Made by a program: the position numbers and the translations under genes. This document shows positions 26,579 through 37,340 of a stretch of DNA of 64,000 bases, in pieces (positions within the stretch are counted from its first letter, which is position 1; every line of letters starts with the position of its first letter). Origin of the DNA: Myxococcota bacterium. Lineage in GTDB: Bacteria > Myxococcota_A > SURF-8. Location of the stretch: positions 2,080,001 to 2,144,000 of the forward strand of contig CAXXQS010000001.1 of assembly GCA_963674735.2 (NCBI GenBank). The letters are read 5' to 3'. The notes under the pieces are model-generated. The model did no database searches, was not told the origin of the DNA, and was given only the letters and a program-made list of their open reading frames with translations.

Positions 26579-29485
26579 TCACTCACAGGTGAGGCGGACG
26601 ATCTCCAGCCCGTTGTTGCGGGTGGACACGTAGGCATAATCGCCGAAGATCGCCATCTTTTCGGGAGACGCGCCGTTGTTCTTCAAGACGCTGAAGGGCA
26701 CCGCGTCGCCGGGATTGGCGGGGTCGCGCAGGTCGACTGCGTAGAGGTCCAGCCAGTGGTTGATCACGTAGGCATTGTAAAACGCCCGTTGCAGATCGCC
26801 GGAAAACGTCCCCTGCCCCACCGGCAGTTGCACCCAGGCGATGTCGCCCGGCGCGTCGGGATCGCTCACGTCGAAGACGGCCATACGCCCGTCGTCGACC
26901 AGCAGCGAGGCCGAGTTCTCGAACAGGTCCACCGCAAACGCGTTGGCGGAATCGCTTAGCGATACGCTGATTGCCGCGTCCGGAGCAGCCCCGTCGGCGG
27001 CGTCGAGAATGGCCAAACCCGCATCCGTCGCAGCCACGTAAGCAATCCGGTTCGTTACCACGATATCCTCGCCCTTGCCGGGCAGGTTGCGCTGCGTCAC
27101 CTCACGCTCACGCGTGGTGGTCGGGTCGGCGATATCGATGACCTGCAGCCCGTCGGCACCGGCCAGGTAAGCGTAATCCCCGCGCAGCGCCATGGCGCGC
27201 GGCGAGCTGACGGGCGAGAGGTCCAGCAACTGCGTCCCCGCTTCCAGTTGCGTCATATCAAGCGCATACAAATGCCCTTCCGTGACGATGTACGCCCTGC
27301 CATCCCGAATCGCGATATCCACCACCAGCAGCGACAGATCGAAAAAGATCGGCGGGCTCGCCGTCCCTGCGTCCGCCACGTTCACCGCCGCCAACTGGTT
27401 TTTCTGTCCCACCAAGGCCCAGCCATCCGCCGCTGCCACCGCCCCGGCGTGCCCGATGGTACGTGCGCGGTAGAGTTGCGTCGTCACCGTTTCGCCGCGT
27501 TCGAGCACGACCAGCCCTTCCATGCCGTCGGCCACGTAAACCCGGTTGGTATCCAGCAACACATCGTTGGCCCACGCTCCCGTACTGACGGTTTCGGTTT
27601 CGCCCGGCGCGGCCGGATTGCCGATATCGGTTGCATGGATACCCTTGAACAGATCGGCGGTATACAGCATGTTATCGACGACAAACAGCTTCATCGGATA
27701 AAGCTCGGCATCGTCCAAGGTCGCCGAGCGGGTTAAGGTCGTACTGCTACGTGCATCGATGACGGCCACCAGCGGCCCGGCTCCGGCCAGCGCGACATAC
27801 ACCCAGCCGCCACTCACCTCCAGATCGTCGGGAAATTCCGACGCACTCAATTCGGCAATCGGCACGTTTCCAAGGGGCAGAGAATCCGGCAGAAGCCATT
27901 CCCATGATTTCAGTTCCGCACTGCCGTAAAGCACGCAATAAGCAAACGTGTCATCCAGCGTGCAGATATCGAACACGCTATTGCCGTATTCGTGGATCAG
28001 GCTGGGTGCGGCCGGGCTCGAAATGTCCCACAACTCGGAACCGAAGAACACCCGCTCGCCGCGCGCCTTCACCGATCCGATCCAACTCGGCGTCACCCGC
28101 ACGCGGTCTCCAAAGCGATTGGGGTTGCTGATATCGACGTGATAGCCGCCCATGCGCGTGGCGACGTAAAGGCGATCGTCGAGTGCTTGCATGTCCGCGA
28201 TGTTGCCGTCGAGCAAGATAGAATCCAACAAGGTGCTGTCCTGCCCTTCATCGGAATACAGGCGCAACCAGCGTCCGAACGACACGTACAGGCGACCGTT
28301 TGCGCGTTCCACATTCGTCGCGGCTCCGCCGACCACGGCTTCGGCTACATGTTGCATACAGGTTCCCGATTGCCACACGACATCGCCATCCGGGGCGTCT
28401 CCGTCCGGGTCGTCACCGTCCGGGTCATCGCCGTCGGGGTCATCGCCATCCGGCTCGTCGCCGTCGGGCTCGTCTCCGTCGGGCCATTCGCTCAACGCCC
28501 GGAATTCCCAGGGCACGTACAAACCGGTTCGTTCCTGACTATCCTGCAAGGCAAACAACACGACCAGCCGTGTGTCTTCCGGCACCAGTTCCGATACGCT
28601 GACCGCCACCGTCACCCGGTAGCCATCCTCGCCGATATCCGGCAGGCTGCCGGTGGCATGGGTCCGCGCCGAAACGGCGGACACCGGCTCGATCGTAAAC
28701 CCGTCGCTGCGTTTGTAGGCATCGTTGCCGGGCGTGCTGATGAGGATGTATTCCAGGGCGTCCGCTCTTTCAAGATTGAAGGTGAAGAGCTGCACCGAGC
28801 CATTGTCGTCGCCGATCAACACCTGCTCGGGACCGGCCAACCGCGTAATCTGGGGCGCGTCGGGATCGGCGCTGCCTTGCGGTCGTCCCGACAAAAAGCG
28901 GTCTTCCTCGCTGAGCGAAACGATGTCGATGGCCTCGCCTTCGACCTCCACCGGATCGTCGTCGCTGACGGACAAGTTCCAATCCCGATAAGCACCGACC
29001 GCGCCATCATCCGCTTTCAACGCCACCCGCAAGCGGAAGGTCTCGCCCTTCAAGCGCTCCTTCTTTTTAAGCGTACCGGCTAGCATCAGGCGCAGCAGAT
29101 CCGCATTGAGCGTCGGTGTTCCGCTCACCACCAAGTGACGTTGGGCCCCGCGCACATACACCACCGCTTCGGTGACGCGTTCCGGCTCTGCAAAGGCCGT
29201 TTCCAAGCCGACGGTGAAACTTTCGCCCAAGCGCAAGGTGTCGGGAACGGCCAGTTCGGGCGCGATCTGCGGAGCGGCGTTCGGATCGTCGTCGCCTTCC
29301 GGCGGTTCGCCTTCGATCGTCTCGACGTTCTCGAAGTCCAACGAGTCGGTCAGCAGGTCTTCCAACGCTTCCTCGATGCCTTCCGTATCGGAGGCCGAGC
29401 TACAGGCCGTCAGAAGACCGACCCATACGAGCAGCCCCAGAACCAGGGCATTTTCTATGCATGTCGGCGTTTTGCGACGCATCAT
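26579..29485 (-). CDS. LVIVD-repeat beta-propeller lipoprotein with internal PDGD linker
   Basis: AAGGAG RBS, lipobox LTAC, repeats such as YAYLAGADGLQVIDIADP and AYVAATDAGLAILDAAD. Confidence 0.8.
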   Translation of the reverse strand: MMRRKTPTCIENALVLGLLVWVGLLTACSSASDTEGIEEALEDLLTDSLDFENVETIEGEPPEGDDDPNAAPQIAPELAVPDTLRLGESFTVGLETAFAEPERVTEAVVYVRGAQRHLVVSGTPTLNADLLRLMLAGTLKKKERLKGETFRLRVALKADDGAVGAYRDWNLSVSDDDPVEVEGEAIDIVSLSEEDRFLSGRPQGSADPDAPQITRLAGPEQVLIGDDNGSVQLFTFNLERADALEYILISTPGNDAYKRSDGFTIEPVSAVSARTHATGSLPDIGEDGYRVTVAVSVSELVPEDTRLVVLFALQDSQERTGLYVPWEFRALSEWPDGDEPDGDEPDGDDPDGDDPDGDDPDGDAPDGDVVWQSGTCMQHVAEAVVGGAATNVERANGRLYVSFGRWLRLYSDEGQDSTLLDSILLDGNIADMQALDDRLYVATRMGGYHVDISNPNRFGDRVRVTPSWIGSVKARGERVFFGSELWDISSPAAPSLIHEYGNSVFDICTLDDTFAYCVLYGSAELKSWEWLLPDSLPLGNVPIAELSASEFPDDLEVSGGWVYVALAGAGPLVAVIDARSSTTLTRSATLDDAELYPMKLFVVDNMLYTADLFKGIHATDIGNPAAPGETETVSTGAWANDVLLDTNRVYVADGMEGLVVLERGETVTTQLYRARTIGHAGAVAAADGWALVGQKNQLAAVNVADAGTASPPIFFDLSLLVVDIAIRDGRAYIVTEGHLYALDMTQLEAGTQLLDLSPVSSPRAMALRGDYAYLAGADGLQVIDIADPTTTREREVTQRNLPGKGEDIVVTNRIAYVAATDAGLAILDAADGAAPDAAISVSLSDSANAFAVDLFENSASLLVDDGRMAVFDVSDPDAPGDIAWVQLPVGQGTFSGDLQRAFYNAYVINHWLDLYAVDLRDPANPGDAVPFSVLKNNGASPEKMAIFGDYAYVSTRNNGLEIVRLTCE
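28381..28484 (-). repeat. 15-bp coding tandem repeat (PDGDx)x7
   Basis: PDGDEPDGDEPDGDDPDGDDPDGDDPDGDAPDGD. Confidence 0.9.
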
Positions 29486-29532
29486 GGCGATTCTCCTTAT
29501 CCGTCCGATCCGACCGCCGCACGGGCAGGCGA

Positions 29533-30885
29533 TCAGTAATAGTAAAACAAGCCGACCATCACACCGATTCCGTGGTGCAGGCGTCGAATGGGCACGCGAT
29601 CCTCGAAGACCTCCCATTGCTCGTCGCCATGGCGCGTGGTGGCGACCGATTCCGAGGCGAAATCGTTCAGCTCTTCCGAAAGGTTCAACGCATAGGCCAG
29701 CGTGTAACGCGCCTCGACACCAAAGCCGAAATGTTGCGTGATCAGGTAGTCGAATCCGGCGGCCAGGGGCAATTGAATGTTGAAATAATCCACCGTTTCC
29801 GACTCCGGCATGAGCGTAAAGGTATCCTCCGTCTCGCGGAAACACGCCCCGGATTTCTCGGTCCAGCCATCCGGACACACGCCGTCGGTGAGTCCGCTGC
29901 GCGCATTTTCGACGAGGTTCAGCGTTTCATCGCCGAAGTGAACGCGCTGCCACGAAAACCCCAACCCCAGTTGAACGAAAGGCAAGAGGCGACCTTTGGG
30001 CGGCTGAAAACGCGCCAGTACCTGAAGCGGCACGCGCAGCGAGGAATAGTCGAGATCCTGAGTAATAACGTTGATTTCGTCGCCGAGCGGAGAAGCGGCC
30101 GAGGCGCTGGAATAGCGGGTGGAGACCGTGCGAATCTGGTTTTGATAGGTTTCGAGAATGGAAAATCCCACCCCGGTTTCGGCAATCACCTGCAACCAGG
30201 GCAACACATGAACGCCGGCATCGACGTTGAACGTCATCAAATCCGGCAACGCGTAAAGCAGGCTCGACGAATGATTGTAGGGTCCGACCGGGATTTCATA
30301 ACCGATATTCGCACGCAGAAACAGGGTTTTCTCCTTGCGTGCGATGGTGTAGTTTTCGACCAATTCCGCCGTCAGATCGGGGGCATAGCCTTTTTCCTCC
30401 AGCGCCAGGGCCACCACCGCCGAATGCAGGGAGCCGATGAGATCGTCGGCGCTACCGGCGAGGGTCTGGTTGATGCGCCGGACGGCTTTCGCCTGCTTCA
30501 CATCGATCATATTTAAGCTTAATAAATAAGTATTACCCACTCGTCCCAGGCTGCTGCGCAATAAATATTGGGCCTTGAGGCGCTCCCCGACGGCCGCCAG
30601 TTCGGCTTCGTCGTCTTCGCCAAGTAGCTGTTTCAACTCCACTTGCGACAGCAATACCCGTAAATCCTCCTGCGCCACGACGGTGAACAGCTGCGCGCGT
30701 TCCAGCTCGCCCACCAGCAGATCGTCCAGGCTGGCCGCGACTTCGCTGCTGACGGACAGCGGTTCGAGCGGCAAAACGATCAGGGTCGGTTTTTCCGCCT
30801 CTGCAGCCGCGCCATTCGGCGATGCGCCCCAAGCCACCGTGCCGCATAAAAACAGACAAAGTGTTAATATTACGAGTCTTTTCAT
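29533..30885 (-). CDS. Secreted protein with CsgG/FlgO-like N-terminal domain and outer-membrane beta-barrel-like C-terminus
   Basis: Signal peptide; LIVLPLE...AVGERLKAQYLLRSSLGRVGNTYLLSLNMIDV; amphipathic strands ending GLFYYY. Confidence 0.6.
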   Translation of the reverse strand: MKRLVILTLCLFLCGTVAWGASPNGAAAEAEKPTLIVLPLEPLSVSSEVAASLDDLLVGELERAQLFTVVAQEDLRVLLSQVELKQLLGEDDEAELAAVGERLKAQYLLRSSLGRVGNTYLLSLNMIDVKQAKAVRRINQTLAGSADDLIGSLHSAVVALALEEKGYAPDLTAELVENYTIARKEKTLFLRANIGYEIPVGPYNHSSSLLYALPDLMTFNVDAGVHVLPWLQVIAETGVGFSILETYQNQIRTVSTRYSSASAASPLGDEINVITQDLDYSSLRVPLQVLARFQPPKGRLLPFVQLGLGFSWQRVHFGDETLNLVENARSGLTDGVCPDGWTEKSGACFRETEDTFTLMPESETVDYFNIQLPLAAGFDYLITQHFGFGVEARYTLAYALNLSEELNDFASESVATTRHGDEQWEVFEDRVPIRRLHHGIGVMVGLFYYY

Positions 30886-32070
30886 GCGTTTTTACCCGTT
30901 TCTTTTCGTTCACGACGCCCCAACGCCGCGCTTTTCACCGCCCTCGCCTCGACGTCCATACCGCATCCGACGTTCATTTCACCTGTAATATTCAATTCCC
31001 TTGGAATCATAGCAAACTTAGCAGGTCGGTAACAGACAATTTTTCGTCCCTATCCCGATCAAATAAACCGGCCAGGCGAATTCCATTCACAGGCATCCAG
31101 TATATATTTAGTTATATATCCAGGCGACAACACAACTCACTTATCACTCGAAAACCCGCCCCAGACACTCGGATTGCCTCTATTTTTGCCCATGATTGGC
31201 TTTTTCGTGAGCCATCGCGACCCTGCAGACCTCCCCCCTTTCCACGGCTCGGATTGGGACCTCAATCCATTTGTTTTTTCTTCGTTTTTCGTATTTCCAC
31301 CTTACAATGAGCAACCAGGCCGCGCGATCGAAGCCGGTCGCCATTGATTTACTATCCAACTGTTATCACGACGTTTTCTCGCTATTTTGCACGCCTGTCC
31401 CACGGCCAATCAACAGTCGTTCGCCAATAAGGCTCAATGTTTAGTGATTTCCAATAGTTAGGACATCATATCCGAACCGCTAAATGGCTCGTTTTACTAT
31501 ATTATACTTACTATATTTTTCTTTGTTTGCTTATTTGCTTTCTTTATTACCTTATTAAGCCATTATGCTTCGTGGCGAGCACGCATCCAGACTTCCTCTA
31601 TCTAACCGGTATGTCGCGGTTTTTCCGACCGTTCACCGCCATTCTCGTCCATCGTTCATTTCGCTGTTTTTCATCTCGACCTGAAAACCTAGCCATCAGG
31701 TGTGACATTGTACGGCACTTTTTATTTCCGATCTGTTTTCCGGGTATTCGCAACTCCAAAACGCCCGATTTCGTCGCATCCGACCGATTTTTTCGGGTCT
31801 CCAGGGAGCGCAAACCGCGCATTTCGCGTCAGCTCCGACAATCGACGGCTCCCAGCTTTCCAAATCACCTGTCGACCGATTTTTGACGATTCGACCGAAT
31901 GCGTCGATCACGGCAACGAGACCGAACCGCGCAAAGCGCGCCCTCCTGCGCAAAGCTCGATTCCGTCGACGCGCCCTCAGGCGATTTTTCAAGAAAGGGT
32001 TGACGCCTCGTTCGTCATACGCGATAAATGGGATGGTTTGAAGCAGGCTTTAACTCGAAACGAGGTACCC

Positions 32071-33081
32071 ATGTCTTCCGATCTGATCACAAGCGACGGC
32101 CAAGCCGCCTTCGGTTTGTACAATGGCGAAATCAAAGATATCAACATGGACGCCTACCGCCATGCCGGAATCCCGCATTGGCTGCTGCCCTTTCGCTGCA
32201 AACGCTGGCGCTTCGTGGGCCTGTTCAGCCGCGAGGTCGTGGTGGGCGCCGCCGTGGTGGACGTGGGATATGTGGGCACCACCTTCGTTTACGCCTTCGA
32301 CATGAAAAGCGGCCGCATGCTGGAATTCCGCGCCCAGAGCATCGGCGCCCGGCATGTATCCATTTCCGACCATTCCATCGACGGACGCGCTGCGTATCAA
32401 AAAGGGCGCAACCGCGTGATCATCGATTACGGTCCCACCACCAATCTGGATGTCGACGTTGCGCTGCCGGACGGCGGCCGCCTGTCGGTCAAAGCCACCA
32501 TCGATGAGAGCCGCGAGGCGGCCATTCCGCATCAGATCGTGACCCCGACACCGGCCGACCGTTTCAGTTTTACGCATAAATCCGCGGGCTTGCCCGCCAC
32601 CGGTCAGATTCAAACCCCCGACGGCAGCTATACCCTCAGCGAAGGCCAGGCCTTTGCGGGCGTGGATCATACCGCCGGGGTGCAGGATTACCACTGGGAG
32701 TGGCGCTGGTCCAGCCTGGGCGGTCTGGCGACCGACGGAACCCGCGTCGGCCTCAACCTGGTCGAGCCGATCCACCATCCCACCTTCCAGGAAAACGCCT
32801 TGTGGATCGGAGGCGAACGCATCTGCCTCGGCGCGGCCAGCTTCACTTACGACCCGGCCGACATTCTCAAAGAGTGGATGATTTCAACCGCCGACGGCCT
32901 TGTCTCCCTGCGCTTCACGCCGCTGGGCGAGCGCCGGGAAACCCTCAATACCGGTCTGATCGTCAGCCGCTTCCACCAGCCGGTGGGCTTTTACAACGGC
33001 GAACTGCGCCACCCCGACGGCCAGGTTTTCACCCTCGAAAACGTTCCCGGCGTGGCCGAGGATCACGAGGCGCGCTGGTAG
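32071..33081 (+). CDS. DUF2804 family protein
   Basis: KRWRFVG, YHWEWRWSS, GLNL, ENALW, FHQPVGFYNG and GVAEDHEARW motifs; GAGG RBS. Confidence 0.75.
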   Translation: MSSDLITSDGQAAFGLYNGEIKDINMDAYRHAGIPHWLLPFRCKRWRFVGLFSREVVVGAAVVDVGYVGTTFVYAFDMKSGRMLEFRAQSIGARHVSISDHSIDGRAAYQKGRNRVIIDYGPTTNLDVDVALPDGGRLSVKATIDESREAAIPHQIVTPTPADRFSFTHKSAGLPATGQIQTPDGSYTLSEGQAFAGVDHTAGVQDYHWEWRWSSLGGLATDGTRVGLNLVEPIHHPTFQENALWIGGERICLGAASFTYDPADILKEWMISTADGLVSLRFTPLGERRETLNTGLIVSRFHQPVGFYNGELRHPDGQVFTLENVPGVAEDHEARW

Positions 33082-33264
33082 GGTCGTCTGCGCATTCCGG
33101 CTGCTTTTTCATTCGTTCACGCGTTGCCACACCTCCGCTCTGCGGAGCCGTTTCAAGCTGATCAAACGCATAGACTTTTTCCGGCCGCCATCCCAAACTG
33201 GATGCCTTGATGGTGCCGGTGCGTCTTCTGCACCGACGAGTTGTCACCCGCTACGGAGGTTACC

Positions 33265-34320
33265 GTGAACGCTCCCGAAATCCTGCTGAGACATCCGAAC
33301 GAATTTATGGAACGCATGGGCCAGTCCACCGCCTTTTCGCGCCTGAACGAAGAGGACGATGCCGTATTTTACGCCCGCGACCGTCTCGTCGACCACCTCG
33401 ACCGCACCGCGCTTGAGATCGTCGAAACCCTTATCGGCGGTCTGATTATCGAATCTCGCCCGGCGGTTCTCGATCTGATGGCGAGCTGCAATTCGCATCT
33501 GCCCGCCGCTCTCGATTGCGCCGAGGTGGTTGGCCTGGGAATGAATCGACGCGAGCTGGAAGCGAACCCACGCCTGACGGAGCACGTGATTCACGATCTC
33601 AACCGACAGCCCGAACTCCCCTTCGCCGACAATCGTTTCGATGTGGTGCTCAATGTGGTGTCGGTGGACTACCTCATCCACCCGGTCGAGGTGTTCAATC
33701 AGGCCGCCCGTGTACTCAAACCCGGCGGTTTGTTCCTCGTGGTGTTTTCCAACCGTTTCTTCCCGCAAAAAGTGGTGCGGCTGTGGACCGACAGCAGCGA
33801 AGACGAACGCAACAAGATCGTGCAAAGCTATTTCGCCCGGGTGGCCGCCTTCGAAGACGCGCAGAGCTTTGCCTGCCTGGGCCGCCCGCGCCCGGAAGAC
33901 GACCGCTACGCCGGACGCGGCCTTCCGAGCGACCCGATTTACGCCGTCTACGCCGAAAAATTCGGAGCGCCAGCGGACCGCGCCGCACGCCCGACGGTGA
34001 CGATTCCCTACGGCCGTCCGCTCGATGCCGACGAACTCGCAAGACGCGTGGCCGCCATTCCCCAAACCCACGCCTGCCCCTATTGCGGCGAGCGTCTGCG
34101 CCTGTGGGCCGTGACCGAAAACCCGTTCACCACCTACGAAAACGACCTGTACATCTGCGTCAACGATGCCTGCGGTTATCTGGTGCGCGGCTGGAACACC
34201 CTCTACTCTCAGGGTAATTCCGGGTCAAGCTATCGCTTGATGTACAATCCCCGCAGTGGTAATGTAGGGCCGATACCAGTGCCCAACTTGTTCGCCATCA
34301 TGGATGAATTGATCGACTGA
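33265..34320 (+). CDS. Class I SAM methyltransferase with C-terminal zinc-ribbon
   Basis: DDAVFYARDRLVDHLD, VLDLMAS, GLGMN and VSVDYL...FSNRFFP motifs; C-terminal CPYC...CVNDAC. Confidence 0.8.
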   Translation: MNAPEILLRHPNEFMERMGQSTAFSRLNEEDDAVFYARDRLVDHLDRTALEIVETLIGGLIIESRPAVLDLMASCNSHLPAALDCAEVVGLGMNRRELEANPRLTEHVIHDLNRQPELPFADNRFDVVLNVVSVDYLIHPVEVFNQAARVLKPGGLFLVVFSNRFFPQKVVRLWTDSSEDERNKIVQSYFARVAAFEDAQSFACLGRPRPEDDRYAGRGLPSDPIYAVYAEKFGAPADRAARPTVTIPYGRPLDADELARRVAAIPQTHACPYCGERLRLWAVTENPFTTYENDLYICVNDACGYLVRGWNTLYSQGNSGSSYRLMYNPRSGNVGPIPVPNLFAIMDELID

Positions 34321-34437
34321 CGGGCCTGCGACAGACAACGGTTTGCTTTGTCCGCCGTCCCGAACTCGCGGCGTTGCATGGGCACGGTCGTCACCAATCG
34401 CCCTTTTTATTGGTCGTGTTCCTTCAGCGGAGAGATC

Positions 34438-35427
34438 ATGTCCGACAAATCGCGCCCCCAGCTGTCGTTTCCCTGCCACTTTCAGCCGCCCAGCGGCACG
34501 GACAAACCCATCCCCCATGTGGAATCCGGAACCGCCGCCTGCGGTCTCAATTGCCAGGTCTGCCGTCTGCACATCCAGGGGGTGTGTTCGAGCTGCGGCA
34601 GCGGCACCAGCCAAGCCGCCCGCGACAAACTGGAAGCCCAGGTGCGCCTGTTCGGCCAAGGCTGTTCGGTCCTGGTCTGTGCGACGAATCGACAAGTGGC
34701 CTACTGCATGCGCGACTGCGACGACTTCCCCTGCGACGTTTTTCGAAGCGGTCCTTTCCCGCTTTCCGAAGGCTTTCTCACCATGCAGGCCCGCCGCCGC
34801 GAAAAAGCCGGGATCGAACAACAAGCCGGTTGGCCCGAAACCACGCCCGATTTCTGGGAGCGGCTCGACGAGCGCACGCCCGGCGATGTGATGGCCGCCA
34901 GCGGCGCGATCCGCAATCAAGCCGGTGGCTACACCCTGCAATGCCTCAACGAAACCTGGTCCATCGATCCCGCTTCCCGACAGATCCTCAAGCGCGAAGG
35001 CGCTTTCGGCGGCGAATGGGACCGCCAGGTGCCCTTTCTGATTTTGGTTTACCTGGCGCTGGCACGGGACGAAGCGCTCTCGGGCGAGTTGATCCCACCA
35101 CGCGATCTGCAACCCGGACAAGACTTCTTTCGGGGGAAATACAGCCTCAACACCACCGAGCTGGAGGCCCGTTTCGGTCGCGACAAAGCCGCGTTCGAAC
35201 GCGTCGGTCTAAGCCTGGGAGGCCGTCGTCTCGATCTGGCCGACGCCGCCTTCCGCCTGCACGTCTTCCCGCGTTTGGCTGTGGATTTTTTACTTTGGAC
35301 CGCCGACGAGGAATTCCCGGCGCGTGTCAACCTGCTGCTCGACCGCCGTCTACTGCGCCACTATCCCTTCGACGCCGCGGCGGTGGCGCTCAACCTGCTG
35401 ATTCAGCGACTGCTGGCGACAACCTGA
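34438..35427 (+). CDS. DUF3795 (Cys-rich) + DUF3786 domain protein
   Basis: AACGLNCQVC...CSSC...YCMRDCDDFPC, then ILVYL and LWTADEEFPARVNLLLD. Confidence 0.7.
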   Translation: MSDKSRPQLSFPCHFQPPSGTDKPIPHVESGTAACGLNCQVCRLHIQGVCSSCGSGTSQAARDKLEAQVRLFGQGCSVLVCATNRQVAYCMRDCDDFPCDVFRSGPFPLSEGFLTMQARRREKAGIEQQAGWPETTPDFWERLDERTPGDVMAASGAIRNQAGGYTLQCLNETWSIDPASRQILKREGAFGGEWDRQVPFLILVYLALARDEALSGELIPPRDLQPGQDFFRGKYSLNTTELEARFGRDKAAFERVGLSLGGRRLDLADAAFRLHVFPRLAVDFLLWTADEEFPARVNLLLDRRLLRHYPFDAAAVALNLLIQRLLATT

Positions 35428-35516
35428 TTTCGACGGCGGATTTTAATCGAATTTTCGTGAGACGAGAAGTCTGTCGCCGCGCCTCCACCGGTAAACCGAT
35501 CGCGGCATAACCCCCG

Positions 35517-37340
35517 TTACTTGGCGTCTAGCTCGCAAATAGCCGGAAAAGCGAAGCTGCAATATTTGTCGTTCCAGCCACCGTCGAGGTTTTCGCCCAG
35601 GACGACGCAGTTCTGGTTTTGATCGCCGTTGGGCTGGCCGGAGGCCCAAGCGGTGAATCCCAGCGTTTCCCCCGCCGGACCGGTAAACGTCCCGTCCGTT
35701 TCGCGATCGTTGACGCCGATCCACCAGTTTTCCTGCATGATTGCAAAGGCTTGCTCGACCAGAAAATCCTGTTCGGGCTGAGAGGTCGGCAGCGCCAGAT
35801 CACCGCCATGATATTCACAGTAGGCTTTCGCAAATTCCCAACTGCAGGTCGTCTGCGACAGCAAATAGTTTTTGCCGCCGAAGGTACGCGCCTGGGCCGG
35901 ACCGTCCATCGTCTGGCATTTCAACCAGTTCTGGGCGAATTCATGCCGATCCTCAATGAAGGCCTTCATTTCGGCCAGCTTTTGCGTGTGCAGATCCTGG
36001 GTGTAGGGCTTTCGCGTATCCGCCGCCATGTCGTCGGCGATCTGCGCGGCATAGGTGTCGACGCGCGCCTGTAGCGTGTCCACATCGTAATGAAAAAGCA
36101 CCTCGGCAATGACCTCCAGGTAACGGCTGCGCCAGGGATCGTCGGCCAGCAAAGTCAGAATATTCGCGGGCTTGCCGTTGTCGTACCCCACATCATAGGT
36201 GATCAGGTCGGCGCTGACGCTGCCGATTTCGAATGAGTAATCGATATCCCAGGGAATCATCACAATGCCGCGGCTCGGATGATTGTAGATGATCCAGTTC
36301 ATCCCCCCCACGAAATAGCCGTCGTATTGTGGGATGATCGATTCGGCCGCCCATTCGAGGATCACCTCCTCCACATCGAAAGACGCTTCCATCTCGCTGA
36401 CGCTGAGGTCGGAAATGAACAGTTCCAGATCCGATTTATCGGGATCGGATTCGTTGGTTTTTTTCTCGTGCCACTTGTACAGATTGCCTTCATCCTCATC
36501 CCCGAAATTGCGTTCCAGAAACTCCTGGTCCACATGCTCGATATGCGAATAAAAGCCGTAATATTCACCATTTACAACCAAACGCGCGTGATTGACGCAA
36601 GGAGCCGGCACGCCCGTCTCCCGCATGATTTCCATGCCCATCCGCTCGTGCAGCATGGTCTGGTCGTTATGCGGCGCATCGAGGTTGGTTTTGCGAACGC
36701 CGTGAAAACGATGCTTGTCGTTGATTTGCTTGAACGAAATATTGAACTGCATCTTGTCCGGACTCATCGCCCAATTCAGAGGGTTGCCCTTGAGGCGAAT
36801 CATGGCATCGTAAATCACTTCCTCTTGATATTTCAGGTGTCGAACAGGAAAATACGCCGATCGTTCTTCGTCCGAAATATCAAGTGTCTGCCAGTTGGCC
36901 CAGATATTCTCGATCTGCGCCCACACGGCGGAATCCACATCGATCTCGTAGGTGATGATCGGCGTCCGGTAGATATCCGAACAAGCTTTCGGCAGGCTGA
37001 CATCATCCTCCGAGTTTTCGCTTTCATCTGCGTCGCCATCGGGTGAGACATCCCCGTCGGGCGGCGTATCCCCATCGGGCGGCGTATCGCCGTCGGACGG
37101 CGTATCGCCATCCGGCAAGACATCCCCATCGGGTGTGTCGGCGAAATCGAACTCATAGGTTTCCTTATCCGTGTCGCCGTCCGGGGCCGGATCGGCATCC
37201 CCGTCGCTAAACGACGTGGACGAATCGGAACAGCCGACAGTGAAAAGCAGGATGCCGGACACGGCCAGCATCGAGAAAAAAACTCGCCACCTAAAACATT
37301 CAGCGGCTATCGTTCGTTCAGTCAACATAACCACACTCAC
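35517..37340 (-). CDS. CotH kinase family lipoprotein with C-terminal C-type lectin domain
   Basis: Lipobox TVGC, PDGD linker, RLKGN, MLHERMG, VNGEYYGFY, IPWDID; C-type lectin WWIGVND...WASGQPN...NC...WNDKYC. Confidence 0.85.
   Translation of the reverse strand: MSVVMLTERTIAAECFRWRVFFSMLAVSGILLFTVGCSDSSTSFSDGDADPAPDGDTDKETYEFDFADTPDGDVLPDGDTPSDGDTPPDGDTPPDGDVSPDGDADESENSEDDVSLPKACSDIYRTPIITYEIDVDSAVWAQIENIWANWQTLDISDEERSAYFPVRHLKYQEEVIYDAMIRLKGNPLNWAMSPDKMQFNISFKQINDKHRFHGVRKTNLDAPHNDQTMLHERMGMEIMRETGVPAPCVNHARLVVNGEYYGFYSHIEHVDQEFLERNFGDEDEGNLYKWHEKKTNESDPDKSDLELFISDLSVSEMEASFDVEEVILEWAAESIIPQYDGYFVGGMNWIIYNHPSRGIVMIPWDIDYSFEIGSVSADLITYDVGYDNGKPANILTLLADDPWRSRYLEVIAEVLFHYDVDTLQARVDTYAAQIADDMAADTRKPYTQDLHTQKLAEMKAFIEDRHEFAQNWLKCQTMDGPAQARTFGGKNYLLSQTTCSWEFAKAYCEYHGGDLALPTSQPEQDFLVEQAFAIMQENWWIGVNDRETDGTFTGPAGETLGFTAWASGQPNGDQNQNCVVLGENLDGGWNDKYCSFAFPAICELDAK
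37030..37140 (-). repeat. 18-bp coding tandem repeat (xxPDGD)
   Basis: TPDGDVLPDGDTPSDGDTPPDGDTPPDGDVSPDGD; boundaries approximate. Confidence 0.8.

Noticed and set aside
29486-29878. N-terminal extensions in the ORF track (also 4839-4997, 13290-13430, 14946-15233, 31702-32070, 41055-41429)
   Set aside because: Most overlap neighbouring genes; downstream starts have an RBS or translational coupling plus signal peptides or family-typical N-termini.
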